Part shown: piece after piece, positions 12,898-25,442 of the stretch | Layout of the letters: each line of letters opens with the position of its first letter | Numbering within the stretch: the first letter of the stretch is position 1 | NCBI RefSeq assembly: GCF_001194135.2 | Contig: NC_068993.1 | Coordinates: 64,549,297 to 64,613,296 of the forward strand | Length of the DNA stretch: 64,000 bases | Reading direction: 5' to 3' | Origin: Octopus bimaculoides | Taxonomy: Eukaryota | Notes under the pieces: generated by a model | The model's input: the letters and a program-made list of their open reading frames with translations, nothing else | What the model was told of the DNA's origin: nothing | Database searches by the model: none | Position numbers and translations under genes: made by a program

Positions 12898-13387
12898 GGG
12901 TTGTATGTGTTACAGAAACTGAACGACTATTTTTCATTATATAATAAGTGTTGGTTACTTTTTCATGGGAATTTATCAAAATTACTGAAAATAGAATCAG
13001 AGAGATCAATGTTCGTTGTGTGTGTGTGCTTCTGTGTGTAATATTTTATGTATGCTATGTCCTATATATGTGTGTGTAGAGAAAGAGAGAGAATGAGATA
13101 GAGAGAATGAGAGAAAGAGTGAATGAGAGAGAGAGTAAGCGTCATGCCCATACATTCGCGTTTTTTTTTCTTTATATATTAGGATTCTTCTACAATCAAC
13201 TTGTGAACTTCAAATTAGACCATTCTTACTGACCTGTCTTAAACAATAACCATAAGAAATATAACAAAATATTTTTGTCAGTAAATATGAACTTGAGTTC
13301 CAGGCAAAAACTTGTGTTGTTTTCATTTTTCTTCCCTTCATTTTTTTTTTCTTTTCGTTTTCTTTGATATTCTTTAATCACTTACAG

Positions 13388-13407
13388 GTTAAAAGTCAGA
13401 ACGTTCG
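13388..13407 (+). other. Candidate 20-nt micro-exon
   Basis: About 60-nt polypyrimidine tract, ttaatcacttacAG|gttaaaagtcagaacgttcg|GTGAGT; two frames open (VKSQNV / LKVRTF). Confidence 0.4.
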
Positions 13408-13549
13408 GTGAGTTTAGTAAATCAGAATATTTCTTTCGCTGTGTTGATCAAAAATTGATTCTTGCTCAACAATAAATTCATTCTTTTTTTTTTTTTGTAT
13501 CTATTAATTTGGTAATGGATTCGTTTTTCTTTTCTATGAAAGAAAGACA

Positions 13550-13835
13550 CTAGATTGGCAGAATTATTAGAGCGTCGGATAAATGTTCGCAGTATTTATT
13601 CCAAAATCTAAATTCTGAGTGGAAATCCTACCGAAGTCAAATTTACCTTTCGTTCCTCACATATCTGTTAATAACAAACTGGGAGGAGGTGATTAGATCG
13701 AACAAAATGCTTAATTGGTATTTTATTCAACTCGGAAAGGAGAAGCAAAAAGAACTTCAGTGCGATTTGAACTCAGAACATAAAGGGATGTAATTAAATA
13801 TAGCAAAGCATGCTCTGCCGAGTCTGTCAGCAAAT
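13550..13835. mobile_element. Two old degenerate family A SINE fragments, tail to tail
   Basis: + strand ttggcagaattattagagc...ttctgagtggaaatcc (13550-13660); minus strand ...gatttgaactcagaacataaag (13680-13835). Confidence 0.55.
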
Positions 13836-13899
13836 CCTCTGAAATCTTGATAGCACTACCCTCCCCATCAGCATCGTCATCTTCATCATGCTGCTGCTG

Positions 13900-13934
<35 letters not shown>

Positions 13935-14687
13935 ATGAATTCTTTAAACTTTAATTTAGCATTAGATTAGTATACTGAGGTTATTCTTCAAGACTTCAGA
14001 AGAAATTAATAGGGGAAAGAATGTTGCTGGTGTTTTTTGCTCAGACCAGCGATGACTTCGCGTATCGATGACATCGCGTATCGAAGACAATTCTGTATTA
14101 TCTAATTGTCTTTCTTTATTCAAGATGACCATGGTCATTTGAATGAGATTTGGCTGCTATTCGAAGAAGTGACTATATAGAGGCTATCTAGTAGGCATGT
14201 TAGAAAGGGAGGTGTACAAGGAGGAGGATCTACCATCGAAAAGATATTTTGAAATGAATCTGATTCCTGGTCGAAGACAATCAATTTCTCTTGCGTAACA
14301 AATATTCTTGAGAAAGACATAAAGTAACAGACATTAGCTTTTGTCTTTCCGATAGATTATTATAGTAAGACTTTAGTGACAAACTTCTTGGAATAATTGG
14401 TAGGTAAGAATCTTGTGTATAGAATATATAATGTATATGGATAGTTTCAAAATTTACGTAATATTTGTGGTTTTAGACATTAGAATGACACTTCATCAGA
14501 CTTGCATCAAAAGTGAACTCTTACATTGAGCGTCGTCCAGACTTTGTTTTTTTGTTGTTTTTTTTTTGCTTATACTGGGAGGAAAGAAAAAGTAAATAAA
14601 GCTAAACAAAGATTGGTTAGAGGACGAACACGAAAATACCAGAAAGAGAGAATCGTGAGAAATGTATAGGGATTGGAAATATAGAAA

Positions 14688-14998
14688 AACCGGTTACGAC
14701 GACGAGGGTCCCAGTTAATCCGGTTAACGGAAGCACCTGCTCGTGAAATTAATGTGCAAGTGGCTGAGAACTCCACGGGCACATGTAACCTTAACGTAGA
14801 ACTCAGGGAGATTCCAGTGTGACACAGAATGTGACAAGGCTGGTCCTTTGAAATAGAGGTACTACTCACTTTTGCCAACTGAGTGGACTGGAGCAATGTG
14901 AAATAAAATGTCTTGCTCAAGGACACAGCGCGTCACCAGGAATTGAACTCATGACCTTATGATCATGAGCCCAATACCCCAACCAGTAAGTCACGCAC
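14688..14998 (-). mobile_element. tRNA-derived SINE family C (CORE-like central domain), near full length
   Basis: Minus: gtgcgtgacttactggttgggg...gagttcaattcc (B box)...tgtgtccttgagcaagacattttatttcacattgctccagtccactcagttggc; second head at 33267. Confidence 0.8.
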
Positions 14999-16025
14999 AT
15001 TCACTACATCCATCTGTCTGTCTGTATGTATGTCCATCTATCTATCTATCTATCTATCTATCCGTTTTGTGTATATAAGACAGAGCCGTGTCTGTGTGGA
15101 GAAATCCGAAACTAGTCGCTTCACTAGAACTAGATCAAATAATACTGTCGCTGTTTTTTCTACGAGTAGTAAGCATTGCTTAGATATTGATGGCTCGCAT
15201 TCTCCTCATATTCACACTTCCAGGTTCGGTAAGTACGAATGAAACCGTGGTGTCAATTAAATCAGCTTTAGACGTTTTACGAAATAAAAACATGTAGCTT
15301 TGTGTCAGTGCCAGAAAACTGTATTAAGGATATATTTTAGTTCATTGATATAATTTCTTACAATTTTATTGATAAAATAACTCGCCTGTTTATCGACTTG
15401 TTAACTACACTGCAAAGAAGCAGAAAGCTGTTTTCAAGGCTGCACGCAGATTATGTTTAGCGTTATATCTGGGGTTCGACGGTTCCCCAACTCTATTCAA
15501 TTGAATAATATTTAATCCTGTATACTGCAAATCAATCCTTAATCACTTCTAAATTTCATAATCTCTAAACACGTCTAAATTTCATAGAAATTACACTCAA
15601 CACACACACACACAACACACACTCAACACACAGCACACACACACGGTGTCACGCAAGGCTATTTACTTCATAATAAAAGGTACGAATAAAGTATAATAAA
15701 GCAGAGAACATTTATTGTAAGGTCTCTTACGGCTTTTATTTGTAGATTTTCTTATGAAGTGAATATCTTCGAGTGACGTCAAATGCCCTTGTTTTTCCGT
15801 CTTCCATTTTTGATCTATTTACACTCTTTGAGTCAGGTACTGACTGTGTTTTTGGCGGCTTGGAGGGGCAACTGAAACCCCTTATTTCTATTTGCACTTC
15901 AAGCTGGAATTTTACTGGCAAACCAATCTCAACACTCATTGTACATACATATTATTTTATGTCAATCGTCGTATACTCCTTGCATTCTCTCTCTCTCTCT
16001 CTTTCCCTCTTTCCCTCTCTCCCTC

Positions 16026-16096
<71 letters not shown>

Positions 16097-16599
16097 TTAG
16101 CCTATTTCAGTATATTTAACGAGTAAAAGCATATGTATATATTTTCATAATTTATCGATCTCTTATAAAATTTATCGGTTTATTATTAATATAATAAGCC
16201 GTTTTTCCATTCTGCTCGAATCTCCGAAGCTAATTGTTCCAGAAAAAGAAAAATTTGCAAAATGCTTTCAGAACTTCCTCTATTTCCGGTTGTATTTTAC
16301 CAATTCACCTGACGCTGTATTATCCCAATGCTTTTCTTACGATTCCCCCTTTTTTTGGTTTATGCTAATGAGGACATCAAGGCTTTCATATGAGACGCAG
16401 GGTTGCTGGAAGTAAGAATCAGGGAGAAAATGTTAGAAAACAAAACCGTGTTGTATTAGCGTAATTCATTCATATGAATATATGAATGAATTTTAATGTT
16501 TCACCTGTATGTATTTTCTACTATAGTTTTCCTATAGCCCGCTCTTGTTCCTGCCCCTATAGCATACCTGCACTTCTCTTAATGCTATACTCTCATTCA

Positions 16600-16810
16600 T
16601 TTAAAGGGTTTTGATCTCCGAATTATTTGGTGTCCTCACGAGTGCTGATGTCACCTAAAAAAGTACTTAGTACAGTCTGTAAAGGGGTCAGCGCTATGAC
16701 GGGCATCCGGCGGTAGAATTTATACCAAGCAGACGTTGGAATTTGGTATATTTTTTTGGCATGTTGGTTCTTGTCAATCCGTCCAACCCATGCCAGCATG
16801 GAAAACGGTT
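16600..16810 (+). mobile_element. Degenerate SINE-like or LINE-tail repeat, unclassified
   Basis: ...acgggcatccggcggtagaa...atccgtccaacccatgccagcatggaaaacgg resembles a retroposon 3' part recalled from cephalopod DNA; single copy in this window. Confidence 0.4.
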
Positions 16811-18617
16811 GACATGATATTGGCTACAGTCTGAAGGTAAATTTGCAAATTTACTAAAAAAATTATGCAAGACAGGTTTCTGAAATCGTTAAAACGTAGA
16901 TTGAATTCTTTACGGTATTTGTTCGAACTCTCTGCTCCCCAAGTTCGATCCCACCGAAGTACTTTGCCAATCGCCTTTTCAGTGTCGTTCATTAAAGTCT
17001 TAGTCCAAAGTGGGTTAGTACTCTATTCACCAATCTTCTTTTCTCAAACTTTTATTCTATGTTCATATGAGAACTTAATACCAAATCTTTTTCTCCATTC
17101 ATCTGACTTGGCAATTGTAATGAAGAAGGAACCTTCGGCCCCTGAAATAAGGGTTTATTTTGGTCTTACAAGGAATCTGAATCAACGAAGGAAACGTCAG
17201 AAGATAACATAATTAACAAAGCGCAAACATACTTGATATAGTAATCCAAAATATTCTAATTAACTAATATTTAACTTTTAGTGATGTGTGCAATCATTAT
17301 GTTAATTACTAAATCTGGTCAGGAAAATTCAGGAAAACATTTCTCATGGAGCCTTTTACTGATTACACCATTGTTGTTATAATGATATCAGACGCCTATC
17401 TTTGGACAGTTTCTCCAGAACTACAGGTCAGGAACATTAATATTATATTTGCCATTCCTTACTGAGTTATTGATGCAGCGATATTGCAGATTCACAGCAA
17501 TTTCGCTCTCATAGAGTTGTCGAACAAATGCTGCGAAAATATATCAAACGATATAAATTGAATTTTGTGGGAATTGTTTGGCAAGAGAGGAAATAATAGA
17601 AACAATGGGCTTGTCATATGGCTAGGCTGATGTGAATATATCGCGAAATCTCTTTCTATAAGACTGCTGTCATAAGGAAGACATTAATCATAATTATTAA
17701 AATATAAACACAATACACGCAACTTGACGTTAAGTATACCGAACAGTTTTGATCTTTGAAACCTTATTAACGAAATGAAAGGAATTTAGAAGTATGTCGA
17801 ACCATCATTTCGAATGGTTTCACGATGAAAGAAATGAAAGAGCAGAATAAAATTAAATTAAAATAAGAAAAAAAAAATAAGGTCAAGCTGTCAGACGTGC
17901 ACCATTGCCTTATACAGAGGTTGAAATCAGCTTCATTGGTCGCTATTCCGTAAATGGCGCCGAAAAAGCCAATTGCCTGAAACAGACAGCAAACGAAGCG
18001 AATGAATGAAGCAATAACTAAGCGATTAAGAATTCGATGCTGAATACACAACAACAACAACTAAACAGTCTAGTAACAATGAACGACTAGTTTGAACTTA
18101 ACCCCTCTTGTACTTCCAGATACCAATGAATTGCTTGAAAAATTAGCGTCGTCTTTCATTGTTAAATATTTCTTTAGCTTTCTTTGTTTTCCAAGCTGAA
18201 AACAGACAAAGAAATATTAGCACAACTGATTACCAATGCCAAACAACTATTTACTTGTCTATCATAATTTCTTATATGTTTGTCTTTTTGTTTTTCTTTG
18301 CTTGGTTTCCATATTTTTTTCTTTTCTACTTTTTTATGTTTATCTCAATACCAATCTTCACTACACTCTTTCTATTTATTTCTTTTAGCTATTTTTTTGC
18401 CCTCCTCATCTCCATTCGATGTTGTTATCTCTTCAAAAACTATTACAACAAACGCTTCAATATAATTAATTGATAACTCCTTGAAAACATTGCTAATTAC
18501 ATTTCTTCTTACTTAAAGCAATTTCCTCTTGTAGTATGGATATCTGTGAGGAAAATTATGCAGACGAGAGGAAAGAAATGATAAGCAGTGGGGAGAGTGG
18601 CACTCAGACTACAGTAC

Positions 18618-18654
<37 letters not shown>

Positions 18655-18656
<2 letters not shown>

Positions 18657-18830
18657 CTTATAGGCACAAGGCCTGAAATTTGGGGGAGGGGGATAGTCGA
18701 TCACATCGACGCCAGTGTTTCACTGGCACTTAATTTATCGACCCCGAAAGGATGAAAGGCAAAGTCGACCTCAGAACGTAGCGACGGGCGCGAAATACCG
18801 CTAAGCATTTTACTCGTCGTGTTAACGATT
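18655..18830 (-). mobile_element. SINE family A, tail type 1, internal deletion
   Basis: ggcacaaggcctgaaatttggggg...tttatcgaccccgaaaggatgaaaggcaaagtcgacctc...gaaataccgctaagcatttt. Confidence 0.9.
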
Positions 18831-18843
18831 GTACCAATAATAA

Positions 18844-18879
<36 letters not shown>

Positions 18880-18882
<3 letters not shown>

Positions 18883-19012
18883 CCTTTCTACTGGAAACAC
18901 CAGGCCTCAAATTTGGGGGAAGGGATTAAGTCGATTACATCGGCCCACAGTGCGTAACTGGTACTTATTTAATCGACCCCAAAAGGATGAAAGTCGAGGT
19001 CGAACAAATGCC
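18880..19012 (-). mobile_element. SINE family A, 3' part
   Basis: ccaggcctcaaatttggggg...gtcgattacatcg...aatcgaccccaaaaggatgaaag. Confidence 0.85.
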
Positions 19013-19352
19013 GCAAAGCTTTATGGAGGTTAGGATACGACGGTCAGGCGGTAATATATGAGACTGATGTGATCTAAGCGTTTACGACCTGACCTCCAAC
19101 TTATATTTCGCTCATAATTTCTTCTCTGCCAATTTACAGGGGAGACTAGCCAATCTACTTTTCAACCCTTCTCAGCACATGTCCACACGGAGGCCAGGAC
19201 CAAACCAACTATGTTCAGTGAAAGTTCTCCTCATCTGAAATGCAAAACATGTCATGAACAGTTTACATTAAGACCTTATGTAAAGTAATCTCTCCTCGCC
19301 TACCACTTTTGTATCTAACCAACGTTCTTTGCTAACATCTACTGTATAATAA

Positions 19353-19544
19353 GGCGGCGAACTAACAGAAACGTTAGCACGCCGGGCGAAATGCTTAGCG
19401 GTATTTCGTCTGTCTTTACGTTCTGAGTTCAAATTCCGCAGAGGTCGCCTTTGCCTTTCCCTCTTTCGGGGTCGATAAATTAAGTACCAGTTGCGTACTG
19501 GGGTCAATCTAATCGACTGCCCCCCTCCCCCAAAATTTCGGGCC
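19353..19544 (+). mobile_element. SINE family A, near full length
   Basis: ggcggcgaactaacagaaacgttagcacgccgggcgaaatgcttagcggtatttcg...gagttcaaattcc...ccccctcccccaaaatttcgggcc. Confidence 0.9.
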
Positions 19545-19614
19545 CATTAAACTTCGGTATTTGAGAAGATAGTTTCAATCAATGTATTCATGCTTTCTGT
19601 GTTTTATTGCTTTA

Positions 19615-19688
<74 letters not shown>

Positions 19689-20611
19689 ATATAGCATGTA
19701 CCATCCTTCTGTCTGCTCTATCTGACAATCTTCATCTTCACTAGGGACTAACATTTCTACTGTTTTTTTCAATATAATCAAAATCTAGAAAGATCTATTA
19801 AAATATATTACATGTTCATTTCCCAAGATAGTATTGATGTTACGGTGAGAATTTCATTGTTGACATTAATTTAAATATGAACTTTAGAACGAAAGAAATT
19901 AAGAAGTCAGTGTTAAAAGATATAATCGTAACAGTAGAAGTTTAGTTTCCAGCCAACTGTTTAATTTCATGGTTATTTTGAAACTTTTAAGGCTTTGCAA
20001 AGTCTAGTGTGAGCCAAGAAATATACCATTTATTTTTATAATTTCATATTTTCTTAGCTTACAACCTTTTACTGCTAAAATGATGGATTAAAAGGGAACA
20101 TCATCTTTATCTCAATACTTTGTTAAACACTCGTCATTTTTTCTAACGTAAGTCTTCTTTATTTTACTTTATATTTATTTACTATTTACTTTTATTTTAG
20201 CTTTATTCTTGTCATTACGATTGCGTTCCCCGACAAAGATAGCGATTGTTTGCAGCCTTAAATACATAAACGGTGGCAGAATAACATACGAGACTGTTTG
20301 ACTGTTATTTTATGATGACGTTTAATATCAGTTGATTGACGTAACTATTTAGCTATGCCCTGGTATTCATCCATTATAAATAACTCTAAGCAAATAATCA
20401 CAATCTCTGTGCACAAGTGGGTATTCTTTCACTGATGAAGAACTAAGAAAACTTGAAACTAGTCAATTTTTCCGTACGCAAAGAAACAAGACAAATCGTG
20501 TAATCGCTTTACTTACTTTACGCTGCGAGGCTAACATTTTATATTCATCACAAAAAAACACAGCTCAACTTCCATTTCGAATTATTTAAAAACGCTGTTT
20601 AATGCTCTGTG

Positions 20612-21035
20612 TTAAGGTGTGGATGTGTGTTAAGAAGTTTACTTCGCAACCACATGGTTCTGTGTTCAGTTCCACTGCATTGCACCTAAGGCAAGTGATT
20701 TCTATTACAGCGACGGACCGACCAAATTCTTGTGAATGGATTAGGTTGACTGAATAGCTAAGGGAAGTCCGTCGTATATGTGTGTGTACACGCGCGTGCG
20801 TGTGTCTATCTGTGTTTATGTGCATGAGTGTCTTTATATCTATATTTGTCTTCCATCACCGCTTGCCAACCGGTGTTGGTTTGTTTGCGTCCCTGTAACT
20901 CAGTGGCTCGGCAAAAGATGCTGACAGAAGAGGTATCAGGTTTTGAAGACAAAGTCATGACGTCGATCCTTTCGGCTAAAGTCCGTCATGCTGGTGCCCC
21001 AGCATGGTTGCAGTCTAAAGACTGAAAGAAGTAAT
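20612..21035 (+). mobile_element. SINE family B, old diverged full-length copy
   Basis: Head aaccacatggttctgtgttcagttccactgc, tail ...ggtgccccagcatggttgcagtctaaagactgaaa. Confidence 0.8.
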
Positions 21036-21043
21036 GGATAAAA

Positions 21044-21111
<68 letters not shown>

Positions 21112-21835
21112 NNNNNNNNNNNNNNNNNNNNNNNNNNNNNNNNNNNNNNNNNNNNNNNNNNNNNNNNNNNNNNNNNNNNNNNNNNNNNNNNNNNNNNNNN
21201 NNNNNNNNNNNNNNNNNNNNNNNNNNNNNNNNNNNNNNNNNNNNNNNNNNNNNNNNNNNNNNNNNNNNNNNNNNNNNNNNNNNNNNNNNNNNNNNNNNNN
21301 NNNNNNNNNNNNNNNNNNNNNNNNNNNNNNNNNNNNNNNNNNNNNNNNNNNNNNNNNNNNNNNNNNNNNNNNNNNNNNNNNNNNNNNNNNNNNNNNNNNN
21401 NNNNNNNNNNNNNNNNNNNNNNNNNNNNNNNNNNNNNNNNNNNNNNNNNNNNNNNNNNNNNNNNNNNNNNNNNNNNNNNNNNNNNNNNNNNNNNNNNNNN
21501 NNNNNNNNNNNNNNNNNNNNNNNNNNNNNNNNNNNNNNNNNNNNNNNNNNNNNNNNNNNNNNNNNNNNNNNNNNNNNNNNNNNNNNNNNNNNNNNNNNNN
21601 NNNNNNNNNNNNNNNNNNNNNNNNNNNNNNNNNNNNNNNNNNNNNNNNNNNNNNNNNNNNNNNNNNNNNNNNNNNNNNNNNNNNNNNNNNNNNNNNNNNN
21701 NNNNNNNNNNNNNNNNNNNNNNNNNNNNNNNNNNNNNNNNNNNNNNNNNNNNNNNNNNNNNNNTATATATATATATATATATATATATATCACTGACAGG
21801 GAGATGGGTCGCTGCTATCTTTACCCGTCGGGTAT

Positions 21836-21882
21836 CCATCATTGAGAAGACCAAGGAAGGTCGAAACCATGTGGTTCGGTGG
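21836..21882 (+). other. Degenerate hammerhead-like motif
   Basis: ccatc-a-ttgagaa-gacc[aaggaa]ggtc-gaaa-cc[atgt]gg-tt-c-ggtgg: all three stems can pair, but the core deviates from CUGANGA. Confidence 0.4.
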
Positions 21883-23097
21883 TCTTGGCGCTGGAGGTGG
21901 CAGGCATTTATTTTTTCGCTAGCGATACAAACAAGAGTGCATTTTGCATCAAACGTCAATATGAGATTTTCTCTCATAGTATTTACTGCACTATAGTTTA
22001 ATTTCGGCGTTTGAGTGGGGATAAATATTATACAGTAAAATGTAACTACAATGTTTTCTTTTTTTCTTTTGTTTTTGGTTATAATGTGATAATTATTGAC
22101 TAAAATCTATAAAATGAGACAATTAGAATGAAAAGAAAACAGCAACGGAAGTATACCTCCCACCACCACTACCATGCACAAAACTTTCATGTATAGTTAA
22201 ATGTCGGTGGCTGTTTCTTTTCTATTTCCTGATTAAAACGTTTATCTCTTGGTCGTTTCAACAACGAATAAGTAGAATTTACATTGAATGTTGGTGCGAT
22301 TGTCAAAACAGAGTGAGATTAAAGATAAATGCGCCCACACACATGCAAGCAAGCAAGCAAGCGCACACACACACACACACACGTAGACATACACACACAC
22401 AAACACACACTTACACACACATGTGTACACTCAGACATACACGTGCGTGCACGGCGTCCCATAGTAGCCTTAGCTTTATTACTGAAACTGACTGAAGAAC
22501 TTTTGAACACAAACAACTACAAGAGTGCGACAGAAGAAGATAAGTGAGGCTGAGAGAGAGAGAGAGAGAGAGAGAGTCAGAGATATATCAGCAACTGTTT
22601 ACTTGGTATTTGTGTCTTATCAAAATTAGGAAATTTATTAAAAATGTTCTTAGAGAGGAAATGATGTCCTATACAATTTACTCATTCAAATAATATACTC
22701 TTAAAAACATTATTAGTTCGTCCAACTCTATCATTTTCATTACCTTTAATGTACGATTCTTTCTTTTTCTTCTGGTCATTATTTCAATTATTTTCGCAAA
22801 TCTTATTATGTCTTTTCTAAGATGTAATTAAGCTTAACATAATGGAATCTTGTTANNNNNNNNNNNNNNNNNNNNNNNNNNNNNNNNNNNNNNNNNNNNN
22901 NNNNNNNNNNNNNNNNNNNNNNNNNNNNNNNNNNNNNNNNNNNNNNNNNNNNNNNNNNNNNNNNNNNNNNNNNNNNNNNNNNNNNNNNNNNNNNNNNNNN
23001 NNNNNNNNNNNNNNNNNNNNNNNNNNNNNNNNNNNNNNNNNNNNNNNNNNNNNNNNNNNNNNNNNNNNNNNNNNNNNNNNNNNNNNNNNNNNNNNNN

Positions 23098-23153
<56 letters not shown>

Positions 23154-23512
23154 CATACAGAGAGAGATAAAGAAAAATACTAGTATCAATATTTGACAAT
23201 TATAAATTAGGTATAAATTTACAATAAACGCAATTAATTCATTATAATTTCTTATGATTACATATAATCACATAGATTATAATTTATTATGATTATATCC
23301 AATGAATATATATTTGATGAGTTTTCTGTGAAATGCTAAGACAACTAATGTTTGAACTTAATCACCATTTCAAATACGTCAGAGTGAAATGTCAGTGGGA
23401 GTGGAGCTGGTCCATTTCATTTTCATTTGTATACATTCAATAAACGCACGTGTATGCATATAAGCACACCTACAAACATACTCATACATACACACATACA
23501 AACGCTCGCACA

Positions 23513-23550
<38 letters not shown>

Positions 23551-23593
23551 TTAGGAAATTATAAAAACGATAAAAACGTTTTATCGTAAAAAC

Positions 23594-23765
23594 TTTCTTT
23601 TCTACTCTAGGCACAAGGTCCAAAATTTTGGGGAAGGGGGCCAGTCGATTAGATCGATGACCCCAGTACGCAACTGGTACTTAATTTATCGACTCTGAAA
23701 GGATGAAAGGCAAAATCGACCTCGGTGGAATTTGAACTCAGAACGTTAAGGCAGATAAAATTTCG
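23594..23765 (-). mobile_element. SINE family A, tail type 1, 5' truncated
   Basis: tttctactctaggcacaagg...aatttatcgactctgaaaggatgaaaggcaaaatcgacctcggtggaatttgaactcagaacg. Confidence 0.9.
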
Positions 23766-24982
23766 TTTTATCGTATAATGTTACGTTAAACAGGTAAACA
23801 AGCAGTTTTCATGCTGTACTGTAAGGTCAGGATGAAGTCCATTGTCAAAATGGGGGAAGCCAGGTGTTATTAACCAAACTATGAAGCTCTAACAAATTGG
23901 CTAGACCTTAGCTAACCTTTATAAGCAGAGATAACTGTACCCCCAGTTTTTCTTCTTTTTTTTCTGTGAGACAAGGTTCAATTGGATTCTGGAAGCTACA
24001 ATTGCCTGTTTAGTTTATGCACTTTGTGCTTTGTGTTAGGCATTTATGGATTTATTTTATGCTCCGTGAATTTGACAGAACATTTTGCTTGTCAGTCTTA
24101 AAATAAGTTCTGTGTCACATCTGGGTGAGTACAGAAATCTCTTAAGTTATGTTATTGTAATATTTATGTGAATTTTGAAGCCTGCATTTGTGGCAGGTTG
24201 TGTCGTAATTTTGCTAGCTATTTTCTGTGAAGATAAATGTTAAAATTTGTATAAATAGCTAGAGGGTGTATGAATTAATTTTTCATGAAGCCAATTTTTT
24301 TGTATTAGACAACTAACTGTAAATTTTGTCTAATGGTTACTCAGCATGCTTGTATGGAGCAGTTTTGTGTGAATTTAAAGCAAACTAGATTTTTTTGTCT
24401 GACTATTTAATTTTTTAAACTATAATTATTGATGTAGTCTGGCAGCCGTTTTGTGTTACGAACTTTTAAATCTAAATGGTTGCTTTGGCATTAGATTCAA
24501 TTATGTTAAGGTCCAAGGTTCGGAATCCATGTTTGGAATACCGAATTTGTGAAGCCAAATTTTCGGAATCCATATTTTTTTGAAAACCAAATTGGGGAGG
24601 CCAGGTTTTGTGTGAGGTCAATATTGATGATCACAAAATTTGTGAATCCAGAGTTACGAATCCGAGTGGCGATCTTTCGATACCAGTACTAAATATCGGT
24701 CTTTTCCGTAAAATCTGGATTCCATGTAATTAGAATAACTTGAAAGAAATATTTTCCCTGTTTTACGCGCAAAGCATAAAATATCAATGGTAGTATTATT
24801 TAGAATGATAGAAAAGCAGCAGGAAGACGCTTGATTTTTGGCTCCTGGGATAAAAAAATATTGGGGTGAAATGATGATCTAATGGATGACGTAACTAAAA
24901 GCTCTCACTGAAAATATAAATATGCCAAACTGAATTGGCTTTAGGAGAGATTTATCTAATACTAATATATAAAAAAAGAAAG

Positions 24983-25203
24983 GTGGCGAGCGGGCGGGAT
25001 CGTTAACACGCCGGGTGAAATGCTTTATGGTATTTCGTCTGTCTTTACGTCCTGAGTTCAAATTACGCCGACGTCGACTTTGCCTTTCATCCTTTCGAGG
25101 TCGATTAAATAAGTACTAGTTATGCACTGGGGTCGATGTAATCGACTTAACCCCTTGGTTTGTCCACTCTATGTTTAGCCTCCTGAGGGCAATAAAGAAA
25201 TAA
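24983..25203 (+). mobile_element. SINE family A, full length, tail type 2
   Basis: ggtggcgagcgggcgggatcgttaac...gagttcaaattac...ccccttggtttgtccactctatgtttagcctcctgagggcaataaagaaataa. Confidence 0.9.
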
Positions 25204-25320
25204 ATATATTAAAGGAATAAAGCTGACTAAGCTAACGAGAAATAAAATATGTAATACACATGTTACTCGTAACAGATTGGTAGCTATGCTTAGTTTTAGT
25301 ATTTAGAACATGAAATCATC

Positions 25321-25417
25321 ATCCTCGATGGAATTTTTGAACGTTGAACGTAAAGACGGGCGAAATACCGCTAAGCATTTTCTGCGGTGCGGTAACGACT
25401 CTGCCAGCTCGCCATCT
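25321..25417 (-). mobile_element. SINE family A head fragment
   Basis: aacgtaaagacgggcgaaataccgctaagcatttt...ctgccagctcgcca. Confidence 0.8.
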
Positions 25418-25442
25418 TAATAATAATGATGATGATGATGAC

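Noticed and set aside
15093-15112. Hammerhead-like GGA[GAAA]TCC-GAAAC-TA-GTC
   Set aside because: The upstream core is CTGTGT-like with three mismatches and there is no stem I; kept only as supporting context for 20432.
17162-17180. Other tiny AG..GT intervals (7-nt minus near 17170, 27-nt at 12780, 29-nt at 24096, 70-nt at 32480, 72-nt at 11841)
   Set aside because: At least one splice site is weak; such pairs arise by chance in AT-rich DNA. This caveat also limits confidence in the reported micro-exons.
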